From: an uncultured bacterium
GTDB taxonomy: Bacteria > Armatimonadota > HRBIN16
Reading direction: 5' to 3'
Length of the DNA stretch: 64,000 nucleotides
Assembly (NCBI GenBank): GCA_964650005.1
Contig: CAZYPZ010000002.1
Span: 5,398-69,397, forward strand
Below the pieces are notes generated by a model. That model did not search any database and had not been told where the DNA came from. It saw only the letters and a program-made list of their open reading frames with translations. Shown in pieces: positions 29,973 to 39,507 of this stretch (within the stretch, counting starts at the first letter, position 1; each line of letters starts with the position of its first letter). The translations under genes were made by a program, and so were the position numbers.

Positions 29973-32111
29973 ATGAACAGGTACGGTGTATTCGGGCTAT
30001 TTCTGACGGGGGTGATCCTGATGAACATCACCGCCTCTGCCGCGGACCTATCCATCAGCGTACGGGTCAATACCAGCCGGATTGGCATGGGGCGCACCGT
30101 GGAACTGCAGGCTCAAGCGCGCCGCGCTGACGGCGCTCCGGCCGCGGGTTGGGTGTTGCTGCCCTACGTGAACGGTCAGCGCTGGGGCGCGCACGAAACA
30201 GCGGACAGTCGCGGGCGCGCCACGTTTCACTTGCCGTTACCGCGTGTGGGCATCCAGGAACTGACCGTTGGCGCGATACCGACCCTGAAGGACCCCAGCG
30301 ACTGGATCTGGGCAGAGAAGGCGACCGACAACCAGACCGTGACGCTCAGCCGCACGTTCTCTTTGCAGGACTCCCCCACGCAGGCGCGTGTGTGGGTGGC
30401 TGCAGACGATCAGGCGACCGTCACCGTAAACGGATATACCTTGAAACCGTTCGGCGGCTGGTCGAACCTGAAACCGCAACCGTTGCCGGCCGGTACGCTG
30501 CGTACCGGTGAGAACCGGATCGAGGTGCTCGCGGTCAACAGCGTGGGGCCGGCGGGGATGCTGTTCCGACTGGAAATGGATACACCCGCAGGCCAAAAGC
30601 TGGTGACCAGCGATGCCTCCTGGAAGGCCACCGGTCCAGATGGCGCAGCTCCAGTACGGGTGATCGCCAATGGATCCGAAGGGACGTGGCCTCTCACAAA
30701 CTGGCCGGGCAGCCAGGTGAGAAAACAGTTGTTCACCGGTGCGGTGATGCCCGATGACATGCCCAGATCGCGGCCGGTAACCGTTCGGGTGGAGCGGCGC
30801 AAGCTGCAGCCGCCGCCCAAAGACCCCAACCATCTGGTGGTCATGCAATGGGAGAACTGGTACAGCGAGGTGAACTACTGGTGGACGACCAACCAGGCCG
30901 TCCCGCTGGTCGGGTTGTACCGAACCAGCGACGAGAACGTCATGCGGCAGCACATCATCTGGATGATCGAGAGCGGAACCGATGTGATCCAGTGTGACAT
31001 GTCGAACAACATCTGGTTCATCAACGATTGGGGAGAGCGCCCACCGGGGGTCAACGATCTGTTGTTCCTGAACGAACTGATGCTGGAAACGTTGGCCAAA
31101 ATGCGCGATGAAGGCGTCGATGTGCCGCGCTTTATGGCATTGTCCGGCGTGAACTGGACACCGAACGGCGTAAAGGTCATCAACCAGCAGTTGGACCATC
31201 TGCACCATATCTATCTGAACAACTACCGGTGGAACGATCTCTGGCTGCGTTATGAAGGCAAACCGCTGATATTGCTGCTGGACCTACCCGGAGCGTTTCA
31301 ATCCAGGCTGGCTGAACTCGACTCGAGATGGACAATCCGCTTCGTGTCGGTCAATTTGGAGGCCAACACGCAGCAGCGTGAAGCGGGCTTCTGGAGCTGG
31401 ATGGATAATGCCGCCACACTGGTGCGCAATGCTCAGGGTGAGCCGGAAGCAGTGACTGCCAGTATCGGATGCTTCAATTCGGGCGGTTGGCTTGACCCGG
31501 GATCACGCGGACGCCGCGGCGGTGCGACACTGGTGGAAGACTGGCGTGTGGTGCTGGCCGAGCGGCCTCGTTTTGTGTTCCTGCACCAGTTTCAGGAATT
31601 CGCCGGTCAGATGGAAGGCCAGGGACACGGTCCCAATCATGACCGGTACGTGGACAGCTACAGCGTGGATCTCAGTGACGACATTGAACCCACGTCGCTA
31701 ACGGCAGCGGCGTACCGGGGGAATGGCGGATGGGGTTTCTTCTACCTGAATCTCACCCGGGCGCTGGTGGACCTGTACCGTCAGAAGCAGCCGGAGACCA
31801 CGGTCATGGTGGTGGCCAAGCCCGACCGCCGGCATGAAGTCCGCGGCGACTCGCTGGACCTGCACTGGCGGGTCATCGGCAGAACGCCGCCTGAAGGCGT
31901 AACGGTGTCCATCGATGGACGGCGCGTGGCCAGCGGATTGACCGGCGAGAAGACCTCGATAAACATCGCGGGGCTGCGTCCCGGCGTCCACCGAATCCGG
32001 CTGGAAGCGCCCGGAACCGCACAGCGGTACCGGTTGAGCTGGACCGAGGACTCGCTGCCGCTGCCGGCATCAGAACCCGCTTGGGTGGAGATGGAATTCG
32101 TTCGACTGTAA
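29973..32111 (+). CDS. Secreted hypothetical protein with beta-sandwich N-region and TIM-barrel glycoside-hydrolase-like (GHL-type) C-region
   Basis: Signal peptide MNRYGVFGLFLTGVILMNITASAADL. Begins 13 nt after the previous gene (likely operon). W-rich barrel-like segment VVMQWENWYSEVNYWWTTNQAVPLVGLYRTSDENVMRQHIIWMIESGTDVIQCDMSNNIWFINDWGE. Confidence 0.4.
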   Translation: MNRYGVFGLFLTGVILMNITASAADLSISVRVNTSRIGMGRTVELQAQARRADGAPAAGWVLLPYVNGQRWGAHETADSRGRATFHLPLPRVGIQELTVGAIPTLKDPSDWIWAEKATDNQTVTLSRTFSLQDSPTQARVWVAADDQATVTVNGYTLKPFGGWSNLKPQPLPAGTLRTGENRIEVLAVNSVGPAGMLFRLEMDTPAGQKLVTSDASWKATGPDGAAPVRVIANGSEGTWPLTNWPGSQVRKQLFTGAVMPDDMPRSRPVTVRVERRKLQPPPKDPNHLVVMQWENWYSEVNYWWTTNQAVPLVGLYRTSDENVMRQHIIWMIESGTDVIQCDMSNNIWFINDWGERPPGVNDLLFLNELMLETLAKMRDEGVDVPRFMALSGVNWTPNGVKVINQQLDHLHHIYLNNYRWNDLWLRYEGKPLILLLDLPGAFQSRLAELDSRWTIRFVSVNLEANTQQREAGFWSWMDNAATLVRNAQGEPEAVTASIGCFNSGGWLDPGSRGRRGGATLVEDWRVVLAERPRFVFLHQFQEFAGQMEGQGHGPNHDRYVDSYSVDLSDDIEPTSLTAAAYRGNGGWGFFYLNLTRALVDLYRQKQPETTVMVVAKPDRRHEVRGDSLDLHWRVIGRTPPEGVTVSIDGRRVASGLTGEKTSINIAGLRPGVHRIRLEAPGTAQRYRLSWTEDSLPLPASEPAWVEMEFVRL

Positions 32112-32126
32112 ACAAAGGGGTGGGCC

Positions 32127-34895
32127 ATGCGATTTGAGACCGAATGGGTGACCTGGACGATCCATCCGGACGCGACGCTGGATGTGACGGATCGGGCAGG
32201 CAACCGGCTGAATGTCACCCGACGCGCCATGGCGTTTGTGATGGTAAACGGTGAGCGTCACGACGCGCGTGAAGCGACACCGGTGGAGCAGGGTTTGGTG
32301 CGGCTCACCTTCGGTCACAGCGGTGTTGCCGTCACACTGCGCTGCGTGCCGCGCCGCGACTGTCTATCGGTCACGTTCATCGGTGCGTCTGATACGGCCA
32401 TCCAATCGCTGTGCTTCTGTGATGTGCGCCTTACCGCCCGCGCGGCATCCCGAAGGGCGCTGGCGTTCTGCGCGCTGGCCGCCAACCTTCGAACCCGCGT
32501 GGACCGTTTGCCGGGTCCCATGGAGCATCTGGAAGCGATCTGTTATCCGCGGTTCGGTATGGATGGCGCGCGGGTGCTGCTCATCGCCTGTCCACCGGAT
32601 CGCATGCGTCAGGCGATGCAGCGGGCGGTCTTGGATAGCCCGGAGTTGCCCCACTCGCCGATGGGCGGGCCTTGGGCGTTGGACAGCGAACACAACCGCG
32701 GATCCTACCTGTTCAACTTCTCCGATCTGACTGAACAGACCGCGGATGACTGGATCGCTCTCGCCCGCTCGCTGGGCATCCGTCAGATCGACTTTCACGG
32801 CGGCCACTCTCACCGGTTCGGTGACTGCCTGCCCAATCCGGACCTGTATCCGCAGGGACGCCGCAGCCTGAAGGCGGTCATCGACCGTCTGCATGCCGCC
32901 GGGATCAAGGCTGGCCTGCATACCTATGCGTTTTTCATCGACAAGCGATGTCCTTGGGTCACCCCCAAACCGCATCCAGGCCTGGCCAAGGACGTCATCA
33001 TGACGCTGGGCGCGTCCCTGGGTCCGACTGATACGGAGATCGTGATCGCAGACATGCCGGAATGGCTGTCCACTGTCACCGGATTCTTCGTGAGAAACAG
33101 CGTAACGGTGCAGATCGGCGATGAACTGATCACCTACTCGGGGATTTCGGCCGATCGGCGCAGGTTGACGGGATGCACACGCGGTGCGCTCGGGACGAGG
33201 GCATCCGCTCATCCGGCGGGCTCGCCGGTGGGGCATCTCAAGGAGTGCTTCGGACTGTTCGCGCCGGATGGCGAATCCTCATTGCTGGACGAAGTGGCCC
33301 AGGCCTCAGCGGACACCTACAATGAATGCGGCTTCGACATGATTTACCTCGATGCGCTCGATGGAGAGGACGTGCTCGGCGGCGCCGAGGCCGGGTGGTA
33401 TTACGGTTCGAAATTCGTGTTCACCCTGTTCCGCAAGCTGCGCAAGCCACCCATCATGGAGATGTCCACATTCCATCATCATCTTTGGTACGTGCGATCA
33501 CGCATGGGCGCATGGGACCATCCGGTACGCAGCTATCGACAGTTCATCGATCTGCATGTGAACGCCAACCGGGCCTGCGACAGCATGTTCCTCCCGGCGC
33601 ATCTGGGTTGGTGGGCGTTTATTGCGGATGACGACCCGCGCAAGGAGCCAACCTTTACCGAGGACATCGAGTACCTGTGCGCCAAAACGGCCGGACATGA
33701 CTGCGGGATATCGCCGATGGGCGTCACGCCCGACACACTCAAACAGTCGGCCAACCTGCAACGGCTGGGAGCGGTGATGCGCCGCTGGGAGGAGTTGAGA
33801 CTGGCGCACCGGTTCAACGCCGCCACTCGGCGCAAATTGAGTCAGCCACAGCAGGACTTCACCCTGGTGGAGATTCGCGAACGACCGGCGCTTCGGCCGG
33901 TATCGCACCAAAAACATCGGCTTGAATGGGACGGTTCCGGCCAGGTGCGCGCACTGTTCGACAACCCGTACCGGCCGCAGCCGCTGGCGTTCCGCTTGCA
34001 GGTCCTCTGGTCTGCGGATCTGTCGTCGGGTACAGCGCGCCGGACGCTGATCGATCATTCGACGCCGCTGACGCTGATCACCAACACTGAAGGCGTCTCT
34101 TTGCGCTGCCTGCCGACATCAGCCACGACGCCGGATCAACGACAGGCCATTCACCTGTCGCTCACCACAACACCGATGACCGAACAGCCGAAACCCGCAC
34201 AATATTCGCCGATCGAACACGGACAGCGTGTAGTGCAACCGGGACGATACGCCGCGCTGCGGCATATATTCGGTCCGCCGGTCGATCTGTCCGCCTGGCG
34301 GGGATTGGGCGTATGGGTACGTGCCGATGCCAGCGGGACGATCCTCAATCTGCAACTGCGCAGTCCTGAACACCTCAGCAGCGGAGTGGCCGACCACTAT
34401 ATCGATCTGCACGGAACGGAGTGGCGGTACATCACGCTCATCGAGCCGGAAGGGGATCGCATCGACGGCTGCCGATGGCCGTATGGCGACAACGTGTACG
34501 CGCTGTACCGGGAACTGGTCGATCCGGCGCATGTCAGTTCGTTGACGCTGTGGCTGACATCGCTTCCGAACGGCGGTTCGGTGAACTGCCTGCTGGGACC
34601 GGTCGATGCCGTGCCGCTGGTGCGCCGGACGCTGGACCATCCGGTGGTGTGCGTGGGGGATCGCTCGGTGGAACTGCCGTTCCGCATCACGACGGGTCAG
34701 TATGTGGAGTGTGCGCCGGACGGACGGTGCGTTCTGTACAGCGCTGCGGGAGATCTGATCGAACAGACCCGGTTGCCGGCATGGCTCGAAGTTCCGGCGG
34801 GAAGGCAGGAGTGGCGGCTGCAGTCACCGACGTCTGCCGAGGGAGTGCGCGTGCAGTGTACCGCCCACTTCTACGGTCCTGCCAGCCGTGTCTGA
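32127..34895 (+). CDS. Hypothetical large cytoplasmic protein (possible glycoside-hydrolase-like TIM barrel plus beta-sandwich domains)
   Basis: 922-aa ORF starting 15 nt after the previous gene, in the same operon-like array. Segment DMIYLDALDGEDVLGGAEAGWYYGSKFVF suggests a GHL-type barrel. No family-level evidence. Confidence 0.4.
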   Translation: MRFETEWVTWTIHPDATLDVTDRAGNRLNVTRRAMAFVMVNGERHDAREATPVEQGLVRLTFGHSGVAVTLRCVPRRDCLSVTFIGASDTAIQSLCFCDVRLTARAASRRALAFCALAANLRTRVDRLPGPMEHLEAICYPRFGMDGARVLLIACPPDRMRQAMQRAVLDSPELPHSPMGGPWALDSEHNRGSYLFNFSDLTEQTADDWIALARSLGIRQIDFHGGHSHRFGDCLPNPDLYPQGRRSLKAVIDRLHAAGIKAGLHTYAFFIDKRCPWVTPKPHPGLAKDVIMTLGASLGPTDTEIVIADMPEWLSTVTGFFVRNSVTVQIGDELITYSGISADRRRLTGCTRGALGTRASAHPAGSPVGHLKECFGLFAPDGESSLLDEVAQASADTYNECGFDMIYLDALDGEDVLGGAEAGWYYGSKFVFTLFRKLRKPPIMEMSTFHHHLWYVRSRMGAWDHPVRSYRQFIDLHVNANRACDSMFLPAHLGWWAFIADDDPRKEPTFTEDIEYLCAKTAGHDCGISPMGVTPDTLKQSANLQRLGAVMRRWEELRLAHRFNAATRRKLSQPQQDFTLVEIRERPALRPVSHQKHRLEWDGSGQVRALFDNPYRPQPLAFRLQVLWSADLSSGTARRTLIDHSTPLTLITNTEGVSLRCLPTSATTPDQRQAIHLSLTTTPMTEQPKPAQYSPIEHGQRVVQPGRYAALRHIFGPPVDLSAWRGLGVWVRADASGTILNLQLRSPEHLSSGVADHYIDLHGTEWRYITLIEPEGDRIDGCRWPYGDNVYALYRELVDPAHVSSLTLWLTSLPNGGSVNCLLGPVDAVPLVRRTLDHPVVCVGDRSVELPFRITTGQYVECAPDGRCVLYSAAGDLIEQTRLPAWLEVPAGRQEWRLQSPTSAEGVRVQCTAHFYGPASRV

Positions 34896-34955
34896 TCTTG
34901 GCGGCGGACACGCGTCAATAGCCATAGGCAGCATGAGACGTGCCCCTGAAACGGG

Positions 34956-34984
34956 TATATTGGTAGAGTAAACATACCAATATA
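34956..34984. promoter_or_regulatory. Perfect 10-bp inverted repeat TATATTGGTA-N9-TACCAATATA (candidate operator) upstream of the 35004 gene
   Basis: TATATTGGTA (34956-34965), 9-nt spacer GAGTAAACA, TACCAATATA (34975-34984), AT-rich. A further direct copy of CCAATAT at 34994-35000 abuts the ATG at 35004. Confidence 0.45.
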
Positions 34985-35003
34985 AGGGGTAACGCCAATA
35001 TTC

Positions 35004-37283
35004 ATGCCAAATCACAGACCGATATTCCGCAGCACCGACGGAAAGGGCCGATGCACCTGGTTTTCCGCCGATACACAGCCTTGGGCGCGTATACGGGTGA
35101 GTACCGAGACCAATTGGTCGCTGCGGGCTCAGCCGGCATTACGGGTACGTGCGGGATCTCAGGTGCAATATGGCATGGATGTGCGGATCAACAGCTTGGG
35201 TGAAAGCACCGCGCTGTTCATCTGTCTGCGGCTGATAAACGCACGCGGCGCTGAAGTGCAGGCATTATACGCGCCGTTGATGCCTTCGGAGATGACATCC
35301 ACCGACTGGCAGGCGGTGAGCGGACGCGCGGTTGTACCGGCCGGCGTGACCGGTGTGGAGGTCTGTGTCTGGTGCCAGGGGGCTGCCTCCGTGGATCTCC
35401 GCGGGTTCACATTGGCGCCCGCAGGCGACGTGCTGAAGCCGGTCCGGCTGCCCCGCGTGCGGCTGGTCAATCGCTGGCTTGCTGTGGATGTGACACCCGA
35501 GCCGTGGCACCTCCGGTTCGTGGATCGGCGGAACGGACAGCAATGGGATACGTTCCCGCTGGATGGTTCGTTTACGGTGCGAGCGATCGAGCGGAGGTCC
35601 GCGTCCTCCTTACAGGTGCAGGCGATCTATCTGCCGGCCGCGCAGCCGTTGACGATTACCCTCACGCTGCAGGAAGATCAGCCCGCCGTGCGTGTGGATG
35701 CCTCGATGCCGGCGGATACCCCCATGCCCTGGTGGGCGGCCATGCTGGACGTCATCCCTCCATTCGCCATGTCGGGTCCGCAATGGGAACTGGTTGTACC
35801 GTATGGCGACGGGTTCCTCTTCCCCACAGACGATCCCGGGCTGCCCGCTCTGCAGATGTCCATGGGCGACGGGGCGGGGCTGACCATGCCGTGGTTCGGT
35901 GTGACAAACAACCGAACCGGTGCATCCGTGATGGTGCACGCAATGGAAGAGGCAGATACACACACCGTGATGTACTACCGCCGTCAGGGGACGCGCGCCG
36001 CCGGGCAGATCTCGCTCCGCTGGATGTCCAGCATGGGACGTTGGGCCTACAACCGCAGCGCGGTGATTACATTCGCAGACCGCGGCGGGTATGTGCGTCT
36101 GGCGGATATCTACCGCGATGCCGCTCAGGCCGCCGGCCGTCGGGTGACGTTGCGACAGAAGAAGGATATTCTGGGACTTCCCACAGACCGCCTGATCGGC
36201 GCCCCCATCCTGTGGCTGCACGGGTTGTGGCAGTTCAGTGAGCCGGCCCAGAGGCTGGCGTATGTGCGTGAGCTGTATGAAAGCGGGCTGGACCGTGCGG
36301 TGCTGGCGAGCAGCGATGCGCTGGAAGACGCGGCCGAGCCCATTCAATGGGGATGGCTGTGCGGGATGTACGATCTCTATACGGATCTGTGGCCCCGCGA
36401 ACAGTGGGAGAAGGCGGGCGTATGGGACCGCGACTGGGGTTGGCCCGAATACCTGCACATCAACCCGAACGGCCAGCCGAAACGCGGATGGGTGCAGATC
36501 ACCCAGCACGGCGCCTTTCCGGCCTGGGGGCTGTGCCCCACCCAATGGGTGAACTGGGCGCGAGAACGGGTGCCGCAATCGTTGCAGAAGCACCGGATGA
36601 ACGCCCGCCTGGTGGACACGGTGACAGCGCTGCCTCTGGGTGAGTGCTACGCGCCGAAACACCGAATGACCCGTCAGGATGATCGAGCGGCGCGGATGAA
36701 ACTGCTTCAGGTGCTTACAGACCACCATCTGGTGATCGGCAGTGAAATGGGCGTGGACTGGGCGGTACCGTTGCTCTGTTATGCCGAGGGATTACTGGCG
36801 CCGGTGGCGTTTCGTGCGTCCGACTCAGGCCGCATCTTCGAAGGCCTTCCCCAACCCAAGGAGTCTATGGACTATCAACTCAACCCGGCGCGGCGGATAC
36901 CCCTTTGGGGATTAATCTACCGAGACTGCACCGTAGCCACCTGGTACTGGGGGGACTGCAATATGACCTATCCGGGCCTGGAGCACCGACGACGGCTGTT
37001 CAACGCGCTGACCGCCACGCCGCCCATGTACATGCTGATGACACCGGAAGCGCTGCAAAAGTACCGCCAGTTGATGCTTGACGACTATAACGCCTTGAAG
37101 CCGGTGTTCGAAGCGGTTGGTGATGCCCGGATGACCGACCATCAGACGCTCACCCCGGACCGGCTGGTTCAGCGCACCACATTCGACAATGGTGCGACGG
37201 TCACGGTGAACTTCGACAGCAAGCCTCGTCGTGTTGCCGGGCTGGAGTTGGACGCCGAAAGCTTTCAGGTGAAACGGGCATAA
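35004..37283 (+). CDS. Hypothetical protein, TIM-barrel glycoside-hydrolase-like C-terminal region
   Basis: 759-aa ORF. W-rich segment ILWLHGLWQFSEPAQRLAYVRELYESGLDRAVLASSDALE...WGWLCGMYDLYTDLWPREQW resembles GHL/GH101-like barrels. No family assignment. Confidence 0.4.
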   Translation: MPNHRPIFRSTDGKGRCTWFSADTQPWARIRVSTETNWSLRAQPALRVRAGSQVQYGMDVRINSLGESTALFICLRLINARGAEVQALYAPLMPSEMTSTDWQAVSGRAVVPAGVTGVEVCVWCQGAASVDLRGFTLAPAGDVLKPVRLPRVRLVNRWLAVDVTPEPWHLRFVDRRNGQQWDTFPLDGSFTVRAIERRSASSLQVQAIYLPAAQPLTITLTLQEDQPAVRVDASMPADTPMPWWAAMLDVIPPFAMSGPQWELVVPYGDGFLFPTDDPGLPALQMSMGDGAGLTMPWFGVTNNRTGASVMVHAMEEADTHTVMYYRRQGTRAAGQISLRWMSSMGRWAYNRSAVITFADRGGYVRLADIYRDAAQAAGRRVTLRQKKDILGLPTDRLIGAPILWLHGLWQFSEPAQRLAYVRELYESGLDRAVLASSDALEDAAEPIQWGWLCGMYDLYTDLWPREQWEKAGVWDRDWGWPEYLHINPNGQPKRGWVQITQHGAFPAWGLCPTQWVNWARERVPQSLQKHRMNARLVDTVTALPLGECYAPKHRMTRQDDRAARMKLLQVLTDHHLVIGSEMGVDWAVPLLCYAEGLLAPVAFRASDSGRIFEGLPQPKESMDYQLNPARRIPLWGLIYRDCTVATWYWGDCNMTYPGLEHRRRLFNALTATPPMYMLMTPEALQKYRQLMLDDYNALKPVFEAVGDARMTDHQTLTPDRLVQRTTFDNGATVTVNFDSKPRRVAGLELDAESFQVKRA

Positions 37284-37296
37284 AAACGGATCGCCG

Positions 37297-38535
37297 TCAG
37301 GCGGCTCTTGTCGGAGCGTCGCCCGGATCGGTTTGACTGGGACGCCGCCAGTCATACACGATCAACCCCGCGAGGATGATCAGGCAGAGGGGAACCAGGT
37401 AGAGTGCCGCCCGTAAGCCGAAATGATTGCCGATCAATCCCACCAGCCAGGTGGTCACACCGCATCCCGGAATACCCGCGCATGACAGCAGAATCAAAAG
37501 CATGGTGCTGTCCAACTGTGGCAGTCGGTCGGTACAGTAGCTTTGTACGCTGGGCCAGTAGGGGGCAACCGCCACACCGGAAAGAAACAGCAGTGTGAAC
37601 AACAACCCGAGGTGCGTGACGAACGGAAATACCGCGGTAATCACCGCTCCGGCCACTGCGGAGAGAATGATCAGACGTCTCAGGTGGTGCTGGTCGATCA
37701 GGTATCCCCACCCTGTGCGTCCCAAGACCATCCCGCCCGCGAAGCTGGCCGTGCCGACGCCTCCCGCCCATGCGGCGTCCACTACATTCAGCTGGATATA
37801 ACTGGCGCACCAGAAGGTCAGTGCGAACTCCCCGCCTCCGGCCACGAACATCGCCGCATAGAACAGCCAGAAACGGCGTGTCAACAACACCGTGCGCATC
37901 TGAAGCCATACAGCCCGGGTGTCCAGCGGTTCGGGATGTTCCGGGTACGGACTGTTCTTGCGTTCGGGCCACAATAGGAGCAGAGCTGCGAAAAAACCCA
38001 CCGCCGATGCTCCGGCGACCAGCACGCGCCAGGACACGCCTCCGGTGAGCAGCCAGCCGGACACCAGCGTGGTGACCAGTACGCCCACCGACCAGAACGA
38101 GTGGGTGAAGTTGATATACCGTCCCGACTCGTCCGGATGCAGGCATTGCACAAAGGGGGTGGCCAGCCCTTCGATCACCCCTTCGCCCAGACCGGCCAGC
38201 ATCATCGCCAGAAAAAGCACCCCGTAGACGGGAGAGATCGCGCACAATCCCACGCCGGCGGCCATCAACGCCACAGACCAACCCACCGTGCGCCGCTTAC
38301 CCCAGCGTCCACCGGCGAAGCCGCACAGCAACATCGAGATCATCATCAGCGCCGTACGCCCCAGGTGCAACGCGCCGCCTGCGGTCATACCGCCGGATTC
38401 CAGACTGAAGTGCAGATCGCGGGCCAAGGTGACCAGCACCACAGGAACCACAACCGATCCGGCGGCGTAAGCGAAAAAGCTCGCAAATGCGGCGTAATCA
38501 TACCGCCCGAACACCATGGCGCGTGTTCGTTTCAT
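37297..38535 (-). CDS. MFS transporter (12 TM)
   Basis: 412 aa. Repeated hydrophobic helices and MFS signature-like GRWGKRRT between TM2 and TM3. Convergent with the upstream gene (13-nt gap). Confidence 0.8.
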   Translation of the reverse strand: MKRTRAMVFGRYDYAAFASFFAYAAGSVVVPVVLVTLARDLHFSLESGGMTAGGALHLGRTALMMISMLLCGFAGGRWGKRRTVGWSVALMAAGVGLCAISPVYGVLFLAMMLAGLGEGVIEGLATPFVQCLHPDESGRYINFTHSFWSVGVLVTTLVSGWLLTGGVSWRVLVAGASAVGFFAALLLLWPERKNSPYPEHPEPLDTRAVWLQMRTVLLTRRFWLFYAAMFVAGGGEFALTFWCASYIQLNVVDAAWAGGVGTASFAGGMVLGRTGWGYLIDQHHLRRLIILSAVAGAVITAVFPFVTHLGLLFTLLFLSGVAVAPYWPSVQSYCTDRLPQLDSTMLLILLSCAGIPGCGVTTWLVGLIGNHFGLRAALYLVPLCLIILAGLIVYDWRRPSQTDPGDAPTRAA

Positions 38536-38559
38536 GCTGTTAACGTTCGGAAGTCGATG

Positions 38560-39459
38560 TCAACGTGTCTGCGGATCCAGATAGGGTCGGTAGACCTCGG
38601 GTCTGCGATAACCCCAGCCCATCCAGCCGAGCGGGTCAGCATGATACTGGGTAGCGACCTGATGAAACGGGATATCGACCACCTGAACTTCCGCATCCGC
38701 GCCCATCTGCAACAGCACCTCGCCGCGCGGACCGATCACAAATGTCCCGCCGTTGAACCGTCCGGCGTGGTTCACCACCGCAATGTACACCTCGTTTTCA
38801 GCCGCACGGACCCGGGTCACCAGTTCGTTATCCGCGTACACCGGCAACGCCGACAGGTCTTCGGTGTTGGTGGCCAGCGGGCAGGCGATGAACTGAGCGC
38901 CCAACGCGCGCAGGCATCGGGTTGACTCCACCACTTCGCGATCGAAACAGATCATGGCGCCCACGCAAGCGGTCTGACCGTCGCAGTCGAAGCGTTCCAC
39001 GTAAAACCGGTCTCCGGGAGTGAATACGGCGCCAGCCCACTCCGCCTCAAACGGGCGGCAGTGTACCTTTCGATACAGCCAGGCGATCGAGCCGTCAGGA
39101 CGGATCATCGCTGCGGTGTTATGCAGGCGCCCGTCATCCGCCAGCTCGCAGAAACCCAACACCAGATGGATCCGGCTGCAGGCTGCCAGTTCTCGGAAGC
39201 CCGCCACTATCGGCCCATCCACGTGTTGAGCACACGCGCGGGTTTCCGCGTGCAGATCATCGGTGGTGAACCCATACCCATGCAGCACGCATTCCGGTGT
39301 GATAACCAGATTGGCGCCCCGATCCGCTGCTTCGCGGACCGCATCGAGTGCACGAACGGTATTCCCTTCGACATCCCATTCCCGGGTATACACCTGACAC
39401 AACCCGACCCGCAGCACGCCGTTGCCGTCAGCCACAGATAGTCCCTCCTGGTCGATCAC
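38560..39459 (-). CDS. Carbon-nitrogen hydrolase (nitrilase superfamily) protein
   Basis: Catalytic-triad context: E in LVITPECVLHGY, K in YRKVHCRPFE, C in GAMICFDREV. 299 aa. Confidence 0.8.
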   Translation of the reverse strand: MIDQEGLSVADGNGVLRVGLCQVYTREWDVEGNTVRALDAVREAADRGANLVITPECVLHGYGFTTDDLHAETRACAQHVDGPIVAGFRELAACSRIHLVLGFCELADDGRLHNTAAMIRPDGSIAWLYRKVHCRPFEAEWAGAVFTPGDRFYVERFDCDGQTACVGAMICFDREVVESTRCLRALGAQFIACPLATNTEDLSALPVYADNELVTRVRAAENEVYIAVVNHAGRFNGGTFVIGPRGEVLLQMGADAEVQVVDIPFHQVATQYHADPLGWMGWGYRRPEVYRPYLDPQTR

Positions 39460-39507
39460 GAAAGCAGTCGCGGCTATTGTATCAGGAAGCGCGCGAATGT
39501 GGCGACA

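Noticed and set aside
35610-36728. 372-aa ORF on the minus strand, antisense to the 35004-37283 gene
   Set aside because: Low-complexity Arg/Pro/Gly-rich translation with no start or RBS context. Long stop-free antisense frames are expected at ~65% GC. Similar artefacts are 5185-6375(-), 12469-14067(-), 16721-17917(+), 30237-31208(-), 44552-46684(-), 48557-50938(+) and 11211-11993(-).
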